Below, piece after piece: positions 9,178 through 17,248 of a stretch of 64,000 nt of DNA (positions are counted from its first letter, which is position 1; every line of letters starts with the position of its first letter). The notes beneath the pieces are model-generated. The model had not been told where the DNA came from. It saw nothing but the letters and a program-made list of their open reading frames with translations, and did not search any database. The DNA is taken from assembly GCA_964291235.2 (NCBI GenBank), contig OZ219815.1:598675-662674 (forward strand), given 5' to 3'. The translations under genes and the position numbers were made by a program. Origin of the DNA: Vicinamibacteria bacterium (GTDB lineage: Bacteria > Acidobacteriota > Vicinamibacteria > Marinacidobacterales > Marinacidobacteraceae).

Positions 9178-9217
9178 GGCCGGCGGCCTCACCAAGTACG
9201 AACGCACCCAGGAGTAG
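9178..9217 (+). repeat. Direct repeat copy 2 (orphan copy of the NHL gene 3' end, encodes ..AAGGLTKYERTQE-stop)
   Basis: The sequence is GGCCGGCGGCCTCACCAAGTACGAACGCACCCAGGAGTAG. Compare 8407-8449, which encodes ..AGGGLTKYERAQE-stop. Confidence 0.7.
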
Positions 9218-9240
9218 CCTTCGGAGCGCGCGCTTCCTGA

Positions 9241-9480
9241 GGTGAGGAGCGCGTTCAACTTGCCCAGGACTTCGGCCACGACCTGGGGCGGCGCCGACAC
9301 CGCCAACTTCAACCGGCGCGCACCCCAATCGAGCCTCCGAACCTGATCGGAGCGCACGCCCCCTCCGATCGGACCTCCCGGCGGGAGTTCCACCTCGAGG
9401 GGATACCCCTTCCGCGGAGGACGGCGCACCAAGAGCGTCCGGCGCCCACGTTGGCGGAGCGCAGCATCATCGGGGCTGGT
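9241..9480 (-). pseudogene. MazF/PemK-family toxin remnant (C-terminal half recognisable; N-terminus and cognate antitoxin missing)
   Basis: The minus-strand translation is KGYPLEVELPPGGPIGGGVRSDQVRRLDWGARRLKLAVSAPPQVVAEVLGKLNALL. From memory, it is colinear with E. coli MazF KGYPFEVVLSGQERDGVALADQVKSIAWRARGATKKGTVAPEELQLIKAKINVLIG. The upstream part is degenerate and runs into the terminator of the neighbouring gene. Confidence 0.5.
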
Positions 9481-9525
9481 TTCGCGCTCCGGCGCGGCCC
9501 CAACCGGAGAAGTGGCCGCCGGCGA

Positions 9526-9564
9526 CCAAAGCGAAAGGCCCGCCGCCCCGAAGGGCGACGGGCC
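9526..9564 (-). terminator. Intrinsic terminator after TonB-like receptor 2
   Basis: On the minus strand, GGCCCGUCGCCC-UUCG-GGGCGGCGGGCC forms a 12-bp stem with one G-U pair and a UUCG tetraloop. UUUCGCUUUGG follows. The stem starts 27 nt after the stop. Its sequence is related to the terminator at 5212-5250. Confidence 0.55.
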
Positions 9565-9590
9565 TTGAAGGTGCTTTGGCTAGAGGATCC

Positions 9591-12500
9591 CTAGAAGGTC
9601 AGGCGGGCGCTGAGGCCGATCGTCCGGCCCTGGATCCACTCGATGGTGTTCCGGTACGCCCCGCCAGCGCGCATGATGAAGTTGGTCTCCGAGGCGTTGT
9701 TCAACGCGTTGAAGACATCCAGCATGAACTGGATCTCGGCGCTGTCGCCGAGGCTGACCGCCTTGTCCACCCGGAAGTCGACGATCGAGACGGTGTCCGA
9801 ACGGCGGTTGTCCAGGTGGTCGAGGAAGATCGTCTGGGTTCCCACGTTTCCGATGCCCACGCTCAGGAGCGGCGCCCACGGGAAGCCGCTGACGTAGCGG
9901 AGCGTTCCGGCGACACCGACCTCATAAGGCATGACGTAGCGTGCCGCGCCCTTGAACTGCCAGTTGGTCACGCTCTGGATGAGCGGGATGAAGCCGTACT
10001 GGTAGGTCCAGCCGACCCCGACCGGGTCCGTCGTGAGCGGGCTCGTGGACTGGCCAGGGGTCCGGCCTTCGTTCCGCCACTGGTAGTCGAAGTAGGCGTT
10101 CCAGAAGAAGTTGTTCCGGAACCGCCGGTTGACACCCAGCGAGAGCGTCGTCCAGTTGAAATCCGCTTCGCCGTCCGGCACGTTCGTGACGAGGTTTTCG
10201 CTCGTCGGAGCGCCGTCCGGGAGGTCGTGCACCGTCAGCATCGTGCCGGCAAGTCCGTCAGGACAGGCGGCAGGGCAGGGAACCTGCTTGGTGTTCGTCA
10301 GTTTTCCGGCCCGGGCGATGTTCAGGGGTTCGAAAAATGCGCCCGTCTGGCGCTTGTGGACGAGCGAGGCGCGGAGCCCGAGGTCGTTGCCAACCTGGTG
10401 CTCGAAGGAGGCGCTGACCTCATCCACATAGGGCTGTGTCGTGTTCGAGTCCACCGCGCTGCCGGTCGGAGGCACGCTGAAGTCCGAGCCGAGTCCGGCA
10501 CCCGTGCTGCCGCCGAGACGATCGCCCAGTTCGTGCACGCCGTCGAAGAGGCCGTTCATGTTCTGATCGAGGAATCCGTAGGTGACGCTCTTGTTGCCAC
10601 CGGGGTTCGTACTCTGCCATCCACTGTTCATGTTGTGGTAATAGCGTCCCCCGTAGCCCTTGACGACGGTGCGGCCCTCGCCGGTGACGTCATAGGTGAA
10701 GCCCACGCGCGGCGCGATGTTCCACCAACTGATCACGTTGCTGTTTCCCTGAATTTCGGCGCCAGGTCCGAACAACTGCGGTAGCGCCCCGGCGACATTC
10801 GCGTCGATGTCCGCGATCTCGCGGATGCAACCGACGACTGCCTGACAGGTGCTGCCCGGCACGTTGTTGGAACCGAGGTACCCGATCCGCTGGCTTCCGA
10901 AGCGGACACCCGCGTTGAGCGTCAGCCGGTCCGTCAACGTCCAGACGTCCTGGGCGTAGAAGTCGATGTGGGTGTTCCGGTCCTGGTTGAAGTTCGGGAA
11001 GCTCTGGAAGTGGATCTCGTTCACGTTTTGCGGCCGCGGCGGATCCTGTGCGCTGTTGTCGAGGTAGCGCACTGCGCCCGAGTTGGCGTTCCAGCCGAAC
11101 TGCCGCTCGTCGATCTGCATGTCCCAGCCGAACTTGAAGTCGTGGCTGCCGCTCTCGGTGGGCAGGTAATAGTTGAACTGACCGGTCGAGTGGGGCTTCC
11201 AGCGGTTGAAGGTGAACGGCCTCCAGCCGGCGCCCGACCAGAAGCTGGTGCCCGAGTCGAAGCGCGGCGGATTCGTCGCCGGATCCACGGCAGGCGTCAT
11301 CGGCCAACCGAAGCCGAAGTGGTTCACCTGGATGTTGCTGTAGAGCCGGTCGCTCCAGACTCGCTGCCACTCGGCCTTGTGCAGCCAGCTCCACGAGTCC
11401 TGCGCCAGGATGGATTCCGCCGGGCGGTTCGCCGAGAGACCCCGGAAGGGCTTCTGCTTCAGCGACCAGTGGTGGAAAGTGATGAACTGGTCCCGCTCGG
11501 TGATCTGCCAGTTCGCCTTCACCGTGAACATGTCGAAGTCGCCGAGGTCGGTACCCTCCGATTCGGGCTGCCCGGAAATGATCCGGTCGATGACGAACCG
11601 GTTGTAGGCAGCGTAGAACCACGCCTTGTCCCGCACGATCGGTCCGCCGAGATCGATGTGCGCCTCGTAGAACTCGATCACCGGCGCCGTGGTGCCGCCG
11701 CGGCCCATCAGGTCCGACGTGATGTTGTCGTTGATCCAGTCGGGCGGCTCGTAAGCGAAGTGCTCGGTTCCAGAGAAGTCGTTACCGCCGCTCTTCCACA
11801 CCGCGTTCACCGTCGCGCCCGGGGTGTTCGATTCCACATCGGCACCCTGCGCGGACACCTGGAACTCACCGATCGCGTAGAAGTCGTAGTAGCCGCCCGC
11901 GCCGCCGGTCCCCTCGGTGGTGTTCACACCGTCGTTGATGATCCGGTTCTGTCCCCGGACCCCGAAGGTCTCGTAGCCGGACTGCTGGCTCTTGTGGGAC
12001 CCGCCCACGTCATAGCCGCGCATCCGCACGCCCGGGCTCTGCTGGAGGACCGCCCACATGTCGGTTGCCGACGGGACGTCCTCGAGCTGGGTGGTGTCGA
12101 AGGTTGCCGACACACCCGTCGTCTTCACGTCCACCACCGGGGATTCGCCCGTCACGGTGACGGTCTCGGCGACGGTCGCGATGTCCATCGTGGCGTTGAT
12201 CTCGAAGGTCGAGCCGCCAACCACGGTGATGTCCTCGAAGACGACGGTCTGGAAACCGCCGAGTTCGAAGGTCATGTTGTAGCTGCCGCCGACGAGTTGG
12301 GCGAATCGGTAGGACCCGTCCACGTCGGTGGTCGCGCTCCGGGCGGCCACGAGTTCATCGGACTCCAGGGTCACCGTCACTCCGGGGAGCACGAGGCCCT
12401 GGGCGTCGCTCGCGGCGCCCTCAAGGCGCCCGTAAATCTGCTGGGACAAGGCCGCACTGGGCCATGCCACCAGCAGCGTAAAGAGAATGAGTTTTCTCAT
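9591..12500 (-). CDS. TonB-dependent-receptor-like outer membrane protein with carboxypeptidase-regulatory-like domain (paralog 2)
   Basis: The track ORF is 9591-12578. I prefer ATG 12500, which is preceded by AAGGAGGA and gives MRKLILFTLLVAWPSAALSQQ. It is colinear with 2291-5185 (e.g. TDVDGSYRFAQLVGGSYNMTFELGGFQTVVFEDITVV) and ends GLSARLTF. Confidence 0.85.
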   Translation of the reverse strand: MRKLILFTLLVAWPSAALSQQIYGRLEGAASDAQGLVLPGVTVTLESDELVAARSATTDVDGSYRFAQLVGGSYNMTFELGGFQTVVFEDITVVGGSTFEINATMDIATVAETVTVTGESPVVDVKTTGVSATFDTTQLEDVPSATDMWAVLQQSPGVRMRGYDVGGSHKSQQSGYETFGVRGQNRIINDGVNTTEGTGGAGGYYDFYAIGEFQVSAQGADVESNTPGATVNAVWKSGGNDFSGTEHFAYEPPDWINDNITSDLMGRGGTTAPVIEFYEAHIDLGGPIVRDKAWFYAAYNRFVIDRIISGQPESEGTDLGDFDMFTVKANWQITERDQFITFHHWSLKQKPFRGLSANRPAESILAQDSWSWLHKAEWQRVWSDRLYSNIQVNHFGFGWPMTPAVDPATNPPRFDSGTSFWSGAGWRPFTFNRWKPHSTGQFNYYLPTESGSHDFKFGWDMQIDERQFGWNANSGAVRYLDNSAQDPPRPQNVNEIHFQSFPNFNQDRNTHIDFYAQDVWTLTDRLTLNAGVRFGSQRIGYLGSNNVPGSTCQAVVGCIREIADIDANVAGALPQLFGPGAEIQGNSNVISWWNIAPRVGFTYDVTGEGRTVVKGYGGRYYHNMNSGWQSTNPGGNKSVTYGFLDQNMNGLFDGVHELGDRLGGSTGAGLGSDFSVPPTGSAVDSNTTQPYVDEVSASFEHQVGNDLGLRASLVHKRQTGAFFEPLNIARAGKLTNTKQVPCPAACPDGLAGTMLTVHDLPDGAPTSENLVTNVPDGEADFNWTTLSLGVNRRFRNNFFWNAYFDYQWRNEGRTPGQSTSPLTTDPVGVGWTYQYGFIPLIQSVTNWQFKGAARYVMPYEVGVAGTLRYVSGFPWAPLLSVGIGNVGTQTIFLDHLDNRRSDTVSIVDFRVDKAVSLGDSAEIQFMLDVFNALNNASETNFIMRAGGAYRNTIEWIQGRTIGLSARLTF

Positions 12501-12934
12501 GCTGCTTGGTCCTCCTTGGGGGGTCGGAAGCATGGAAAGGAGAAAGATGTCAGTCAGGAGTAGCAACGGCCGGACCAAGGGGGCCGACCGAGCCGTTTCC
12601 GTTCCTAAGTCGTTCTGAATTCGTTTTGTTACGTCCGCACCTCGCGGTGCCGAAATCCAAGTAATTCACCCCAATATTCGTTTTATTGGAGCCGAACAGC
12701 CAATTGTCTTGAATCTCGTAGGCCCCTGTCAACCCGGGAAGGTCGGTTCTGGGCTCATCAGCGGCGCCCCAAGACGCGGACCGGGCCTCCGGATGCCGGG
12801 GGCTGTGCGGTCCAATACGGCTGATCGGATCGTGCGGCGACCCTGGCGCTGCTCCAGGGCGACCACCGAAGAGCGCGGATTCTTTCCGTTGGGATGCCGA
12901 TAAGAAACGGAGTGCGAAGAGTCTCGACGGACCG

Positions 12935-13294
12935 CTGACTCCCGAGGAACGCGGCGCGCTCTTCGAAGGATGGACCCATGGCCTCCTCCGGACGTACGCC
13001 GGGGAGCGGGAGCTCTTCGATGACATCCACTATTGGTCACCCGCCGAATCTCGGACGGAAGTGGATTTCCTTCTCCGCCGTGGCCGGGACTTCCTGGCCG
13101 TCGAGGTGAAGGCGGGCGAGCGCTACCACCCCACGATGCTCCGGGGGTTGCGCGCCGTGGACGAGCTACCCGGCCTGGTCCGCCGGGTTCTGGTGTACGG
13201 CGGGCGTCGCTCGTTCCGGACCGATGACGGAATCGAGATCTGGCCCGCTGTCCGGTTCGCCGCAGAACTCGCCGCCGACAGCCTCTGGCCCTGA
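12935..13294 (+). pseudogene. C-terminal fragment of an AAA+ ATPase with DUF4143 domain (N-terminal ATPase part absent)
   Basis: Frame 2 reads ..LTPEERGALFEGWTHGLLRTYAGERELFDDIHYWSPAESRTEVDFLLRRGRDFLAVEVKAGERYHPTMLRGLRAV..VLVYGG. This is the typical DUF4143 C-terminus. The frame upstream of about 12930 has no ATPase-like sequence. Confidence 0.5.
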
Positions 13295-13381
13295 TCGGCC
13301 CGGTGGGCAAGAGCGCGCCGAGCGCCGAGACGCTCCCGGTTCGCCGGCTGGTGTCCGGCCCCCCCTTAGACTCCGCATTTC

Positions 13382-14728
13382 GTGGAAGCCCCCCTCCCCT
13401 TCCGGACTGCCGGAGCAGCTCTCACCGCCAACCCGCTGCGCACGGCGCTTGCGCTGATCGGGCTCGTCATTGGCGTCGCCTCGGTCATCACCATGGCGGC
13501 GCTCGCCTCGGGAGCCCGGGCCGCCGTAGCCGACGACGTTCGTTCCGCCGGAACCAACATCATCATCGTGCGGGCCGGCAACTACATCCGGGGAGGCGAT
13601 GCGGTGAACATCCCTTCCGGCTTCGGCCGCGCCGACACCCTGACCCCGGAAGACGCCGAGGCGATCCGAGGCGTTGCGGACGTGGCGATGGTGAGCCCGG
13701 TGGTCGAGGAAAGGACGGGACTGCTCTCGGATGCCGGAGACTCGTTCGCGCAGGTCCACGGAGTGTCCGCCGAGGGGCCCCGGATCTACCAGGTGCGCTT
13801 CCAGGACGGCGAGAACTTCACCGCCGCCGACGTGCGGGAGCGGAGGGCGGTGGTGCTGCTCTCGTCCCCGGTGGAGGCCGAGCTCTTCCCCGGGCGTTCC
13901 GGGGTCGGGCGCTCCGTTCTGATCCGCGACCGCGAGTTCGAGGTCCGAGGCGTCTATCAGTCATCCGACCGGAAGCTTGCGGAGGCGGCGATGGTCCCCC
14001 ATACGCTGCTCGCCGACATCGTCGGGCGCGACTATCTGCAGGCGGTCGCCATCGCCACCGAACGGGCCGGCGACGCCTCCCGGGTGGGTCGCGACGTGGC
14101 CAACCTGCTTCGTGAGCGACACCAACTGACCCGCTCCGCGCCGCCAGCGGAGGCGAGCGCTCCGCATGCCTTCCGGCGCGGAACGCGCCTGCCCGATGAC
14201 TTCGTGGTGCGAACCCAGGCGACCGCGGCGCTGACCCAGGGCCTCTACACGACGGCTGCCGCCTTCGTGCTCGCCTCCATGCCCAAGCTAGACGAGGTCA
14301 CCTCCGAGGAGATGGTCGGCACGCTCAACCGCGCCACCTCGACCATGACTCTCCTGCTCGGAGCCCTCGCCGGGGTCTCCCTCATCGTCGGGGGCGTCGG
14401 GATCATGAACGTCATGCTGCTCGCCGTGACCGAGCGGACGCGGGAGATCGGACTGCGGCTCGCGGTCGGAGCGCGCCGCCGCGACGTCTTGTGGCAGTTT
14501 CTTGCGGAGGCAGTGGGCCTCGCAGCGCTCGGCGGCCTCTTCGGGGTCGCGCTCGGCGGGCTGTCATCCGCGCTCGTGGAGACGATGTTTGGATGGCGGA
14601 CGCTGATTCCCACGCTCGCAATCGCGGGCGCCGCCATCCTCGCGATGGGGGTGGGAGTGTTCTTCGGCTGGTATCCGGCCCGGCGGGCGTCGAGACTCGA
14701 CCCCATCGTGGCCCTCCGCTCCGAATAG
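13382..14728 (+). CDS. MacB/FtsX-type ABC transporter permease (no adjacent ATPase)
   Basis: The GTG start gives an N-terminus LTANPLRTALALIGLVIGVASVITMAAL, followed by a large periplasmic domain. The C-terminal FtsX-type helices include TREIGLRLAVGARRRDVLWQFLAEA...YPARRASRLDPIVALRSE. Confidence 0.8.
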   Translation: MEAPLPFRTAGAALTANPLRTALALIGLVIGVASVITMAALASGARAAVADDVRSAGTNIIIVRAGNYIRGGDAVNIPSGFGRADTLTPEDAEAIRGVADVAMVSPVVEERTGLLSDAGDSFAQVHGVSAEGPRIYQVRFQDGENFTAADVRERRAVVLLSSPVEAELFPGRSGVGRSVLIRDREFEVRGVYQSSDRKLAEAAMVPHTLLADIVGRDYLQAVAIATERAGDASRVGRDVANLLRERHQLTRSAPPAEASAPHAFRRGTRLPDDFVVRTQATAALTQGLYTTAAAFVLASMPKLDEVTSEEMVGTLNRATSTMTLLLGALAGVSLIVGGVGIMNVMLLAVTERTREIGLRLAVGARRRDVLWQFLAEAVGLAALGGLFGVALGGLSSALVETMFGWRTLIPTLAIAGAAILAMGVGVFFGWYPARRASRLDPIVALRSE

Positions 14729-14750
14729 AACGTGCCTCCAGGCCGGCACT

Positions 14751-14767
14751 GCCCCGCGAAGCGGGGC
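14751..14767. terminator. Hairpin between convergent genes (possible bidirectional terminator)
   Basis: GCCCCGC-GAA-GCGGGGC forms a 7-bp GC stem. It lies between the stop at 14728 (+) and the stop at 14828 (-). There is no clear U-tract. Confidence 0.3.
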
Positions 14768-14827
14768 GGCGGGAGCGAGCCCCGCAACTCCACGTTGGTT
14801 CCCCCTCTCGGCGGGGATCCCAACAGC

Positions 14828-15358
14828 CTAGGGCTCAGGCTTCGGGGCTTCGGGAGTCGGAAGCGGCATTCCAGTGTGGGGGTCCACCGTCGGAGGCTCC
14901 ATGATGAACGGAACCTCGATCTCGTAGGGAGCGCCCTCGAACCGGAAGTACACGATCGCTACGGTGTCCTCCGTGTCGATCGGACGCCCGCCCGCGATCC
15001 ACGCTTCGCCGAACTCATCGATCCGGGGCCGGAGCGGTTCGAGCTCTTCTCCCGCATCCCCAACGCGCCGAATACTGATCCGCACGTCCTCCGCGACCGC
15101 GGCGGGCAGTTCGCTGCGCGTCGCATCCGAGAAATAGAGCCGATGCTCGCCCTCGGCGGTGAGCACGACCTCGAAGTGGAGGTCGCCGTGCATGAACACG
15201 TACCCCCCGTACCGCGGGGAGTGATCGCCGTGGGCCATCATCATTCCCCCCATGGCCGCCATGTCGTCCATCCCGTCCGCGGCCGGTTCTTCGGCGGGGG
15301 CGCCGCACCCGGACACCACGAGGATCGCGAGCACCAAGAGGCGCACCGGGCGAATCAT
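14828..15358 (-). CDS. Hypothetical lipoprotein with Met/His-rich N-terminal motif
   Basis: The track ORF is 14828-15373. The internal ATG at 15358 gives MIRPVRLLVLAILVVSGCG (lipobox), followed by DGMDDMAAMGGMMMAHGDHSPRYGG. I recognise no family with confidence. Confidence 0.55.
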   Translation of the reverse strand: MIRPVRLLVLAILVVSGCGAPAEEPAADGMDDMAAMGGMMMAHGDHSPRYGGYVFMHGDLHFEVVLTAEGEHRLYFSDATRSELPAAVAEDVRISIRRVGDAGEELEPLRPRIDEFGEAWIAGGRPIDTEDTVAIVYFRFEGAPYEIEVPFIMEPPTVDPHTGMPLPTPEAPKPEP

Positions 15359-15376
15359 CAGAGCCTCAACCAACCG

Positions 15377-16693
15377 TCAATTATGGGGTGACGACGCGAG
15401 GAGACGAATGAGTTCGGCCGGACTCATGGCTTCGCGGATCGTCAGCAGGATTCTGGACAGGCGGTCGGACGGTGAGAGTTGGGGATCGATGAGGCCCTCG
15501 AGCGCGGCGCCGAAGCTTGGATCGGCAGCCGGGCGTACGAGAGCGTATCCGCCGAAGCGGTCGGCATGCGCGAGAAGGCCGTGAGGGTCCGGCACCAGGG
15601 CCTCGAAATCGAGCGCGCGCAGCGCCTCCAGGCGACTGAGCTCACCGTCCAGATACCCGGCGAGCACCCGCGACACCACGGGTTCCAGAGCCCGCAGCGA
15701 CTCGTCCACGGGGGTCCCCGGCGCCAGCTCTTCGAGAGCCGCCGCCAACCCTTCGAAGACCGCGGTCCGGGGACCGTAAAGCGGCACGATCCCGAGTTCG
15801 GGCCACCCCCTGGTCTGGAATTCCCGATCGGCGACCGCCGCCTGCAGGTGGTGGCCGGGGACCCCTTCGTGACAGGCCAGGCGCTGTAACTCCTTGGATC
15901 GCAGCCGAAGGCCCGCCGGGAGCCACAGTGCCCCGCGTCCCTCCCCGGCATACCGGTAGAAAGGAGACGGCCCGGTGGGAAGCCTCGACGCCTCTGCAGG
16001 GGTTATCCAGTGGATTCCAAGCGGTTCCAGGCCGATGTCCACGGGCTCCGGGAACGCCAGTTCCCGGCAGCCGGCGAACGCCTCCCGCAGGCGGCCTTCG
16101 GTCCCTTCCCGAGGCGCGTCGGAGCGCTCGTAGTGACGGCGCACGCGTACCTTGAGGGGCGCGACTCCCTCGAGGGCGCGATCCACCCGGAAGTGAAGCC
16201 GCTCCAGGTCCACTTCGGGCTCGTTCCAGTCGAGACCGAAGACCTCACGAAGCTCTTCCGCCACCGGCCGCTGATCCCCGAGCAGTTTCCGGGCGCGAAA
16301 CGCGAGCGCGCGGAGCGACGCCTCGATGCGGCGCACCCGGAATTCTTCTTCGGTACGCGCCATCTGCCCCGCGCCGTCGGCAAGACGCCCGGCCCGCTCG
16401 GCAATTTCCCGGAGCTCGAGGTCCAGGGGCTCCAGAGGAGCGTCGAGGAACACCAGATCCAGGAACAGCGGATCGCGCTCGTGGAGCGCGAAAGCGAGTT
16501 CCACATACCGGCCGGCGAGCTCGTCGGCCGTCCTTGGGGCGGGATTCGCCGCCGGTGGTGGCGCGGGGCCGCAGGCGGCCCAGAGAATGAGAGCCACCGA
16601 GGCGAGCTGCGGGAGACGGAAAAGAGTGCGGAAGGCGCGGATTCGGGAAGCGTATGCGGGGTAAATCCCGGATGCAGCCGCCATCCCGGGCAT
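15377..16693 (-). CDS. DUF885-family (metalloprotease-like) lipoprotein
   Basis: It carries the motif LACHEGVPGHHLQ (HExxPGHHxQ, characteristic of DUF885). The track ORF extends to 17092, into a repeat element. I prefer ATG 16693 (or 16684), upstream of the signal peptide LASVALILWAACGP. Confidence 0.65.
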   Translation of the reverse strand: MPGMAAASGIYPAYASRIRAFRTLFRLPQLASVALILWAACGPAPPPAANPAPRTADELAGRYVELAFALHERDPLFLDLVFLDAPLEPLDLELREIAERAGRLADGAGQMARTEEEFRVRRIEASLRALAFRARKLLGDQRPVAEELREVFGLDWNEPEVDLERLHFRVDRALEGVAPLKVRVRRHYERSDAPREGTEGRLREAFAGCRELAFPEPVDIGLEPLGIHWITPAEASRLPTGPSPFYRYAGEGRGALWLPAGLRLRSKELQRLACHEGVPGHHLQAAVADREFQTRGWPELGIVPLYGPRTAVFEGLAAALEELAPGTPVDESLRALEPVVSRVLAGYLDGELSRLEALRALDFEALVPDPHGLLAHADRFGGYALVRPAADPSFGAALEGLIDPQLSPSDRLSRILLTIREAMSPAELIRLLASSPHN

Positions 16694-17031
16694 GACAGCC
16701 CGGCAGACAAGGCGGCGCTTCTTGGCGTGGCGATCCGCCGTCGTCGTTTGAGTTGACGTTGTCGGGGGTGACCAAGCTTGGGAGTCAGGAGCGCCGGCCT
16801 CCAGGCTGGCATCGCGGCCGCAGGTCGCGAAACTCCCATCGTCAACCGGCCAGGATGGCGCCGCAGCCCGGCAGTGTGGCGCTGCGCCACTCGCGCGCCC
16901 GTACGGCCACGCGCGGTCATCGCTTGGGTCGGTGTTGTGGACGCAGATTGAGTCTGGGAGTTTCGCTTCGCTATGCGAAGCGATGCCGGCCGGAGGCCGG
17001 CGCTCCTGGCACTCCTTGCACTCCTCGCCCT

Positions 17032-17060
17032 TTGACGGCCGCCGAGCCGGGGCATATCTT
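17032..17060 (+). promoter_or_regulatory. Sigma70-like promoter motif P1 (TTGACG-N17-TATCTT)
   Basis: The context CGCCCTTTGACG...TATCTT is nearly identical to the motif upstream of the second M20-like paralog (19062-19091) and similar to that of the third (50397-50426). Confidence 0.4.
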
Positions 17061-17061
17061 C

Positions 17062-17248
17062 TAGCAGCCTGTGGAGGAAGTGACGCGAGCACCGAGAACG
17101 GGGAGGCGCCCGGCTGACAAGGCGCCCGAGGGAGGAATACCAGGTGTATTCCGACCGAAGGGCAACGATGAGGGTCGCGTAGCGACCCGGTTCAGCCGGG
17201 ATGCATCGCCGTTCGAATGCCGCGTGACTTTCTGCACAGGCTGCTCAA
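17062..17248 (-). mobile_element. MITE-like repeat, copy 1 (inverted relative to copies 2 and 3)
   Basis: It spans TAGCAGCCTGTGGAGGAAGTGACG ... CGTGACTTTCTGCACAGGCTGCTCAA and is the reverse complement of copies 2 and 3. It has terminal inverted repeats of about 40 bp and internal hairpins GGAATAC-N5-GTATTCC and GGGTCGC-GTA-GCGACCC. Confidence 0.7.

Noticed and set aside
15377-17092. A 133-aa N-terminal extension of the DUF885 ORF reaches into MITE copy 1.
   Set aside because: The extension is low-complexity, precedes a good signal peptide/lipobox that follows internal ATGs at 16693/16684, and would start inside a repeat element.
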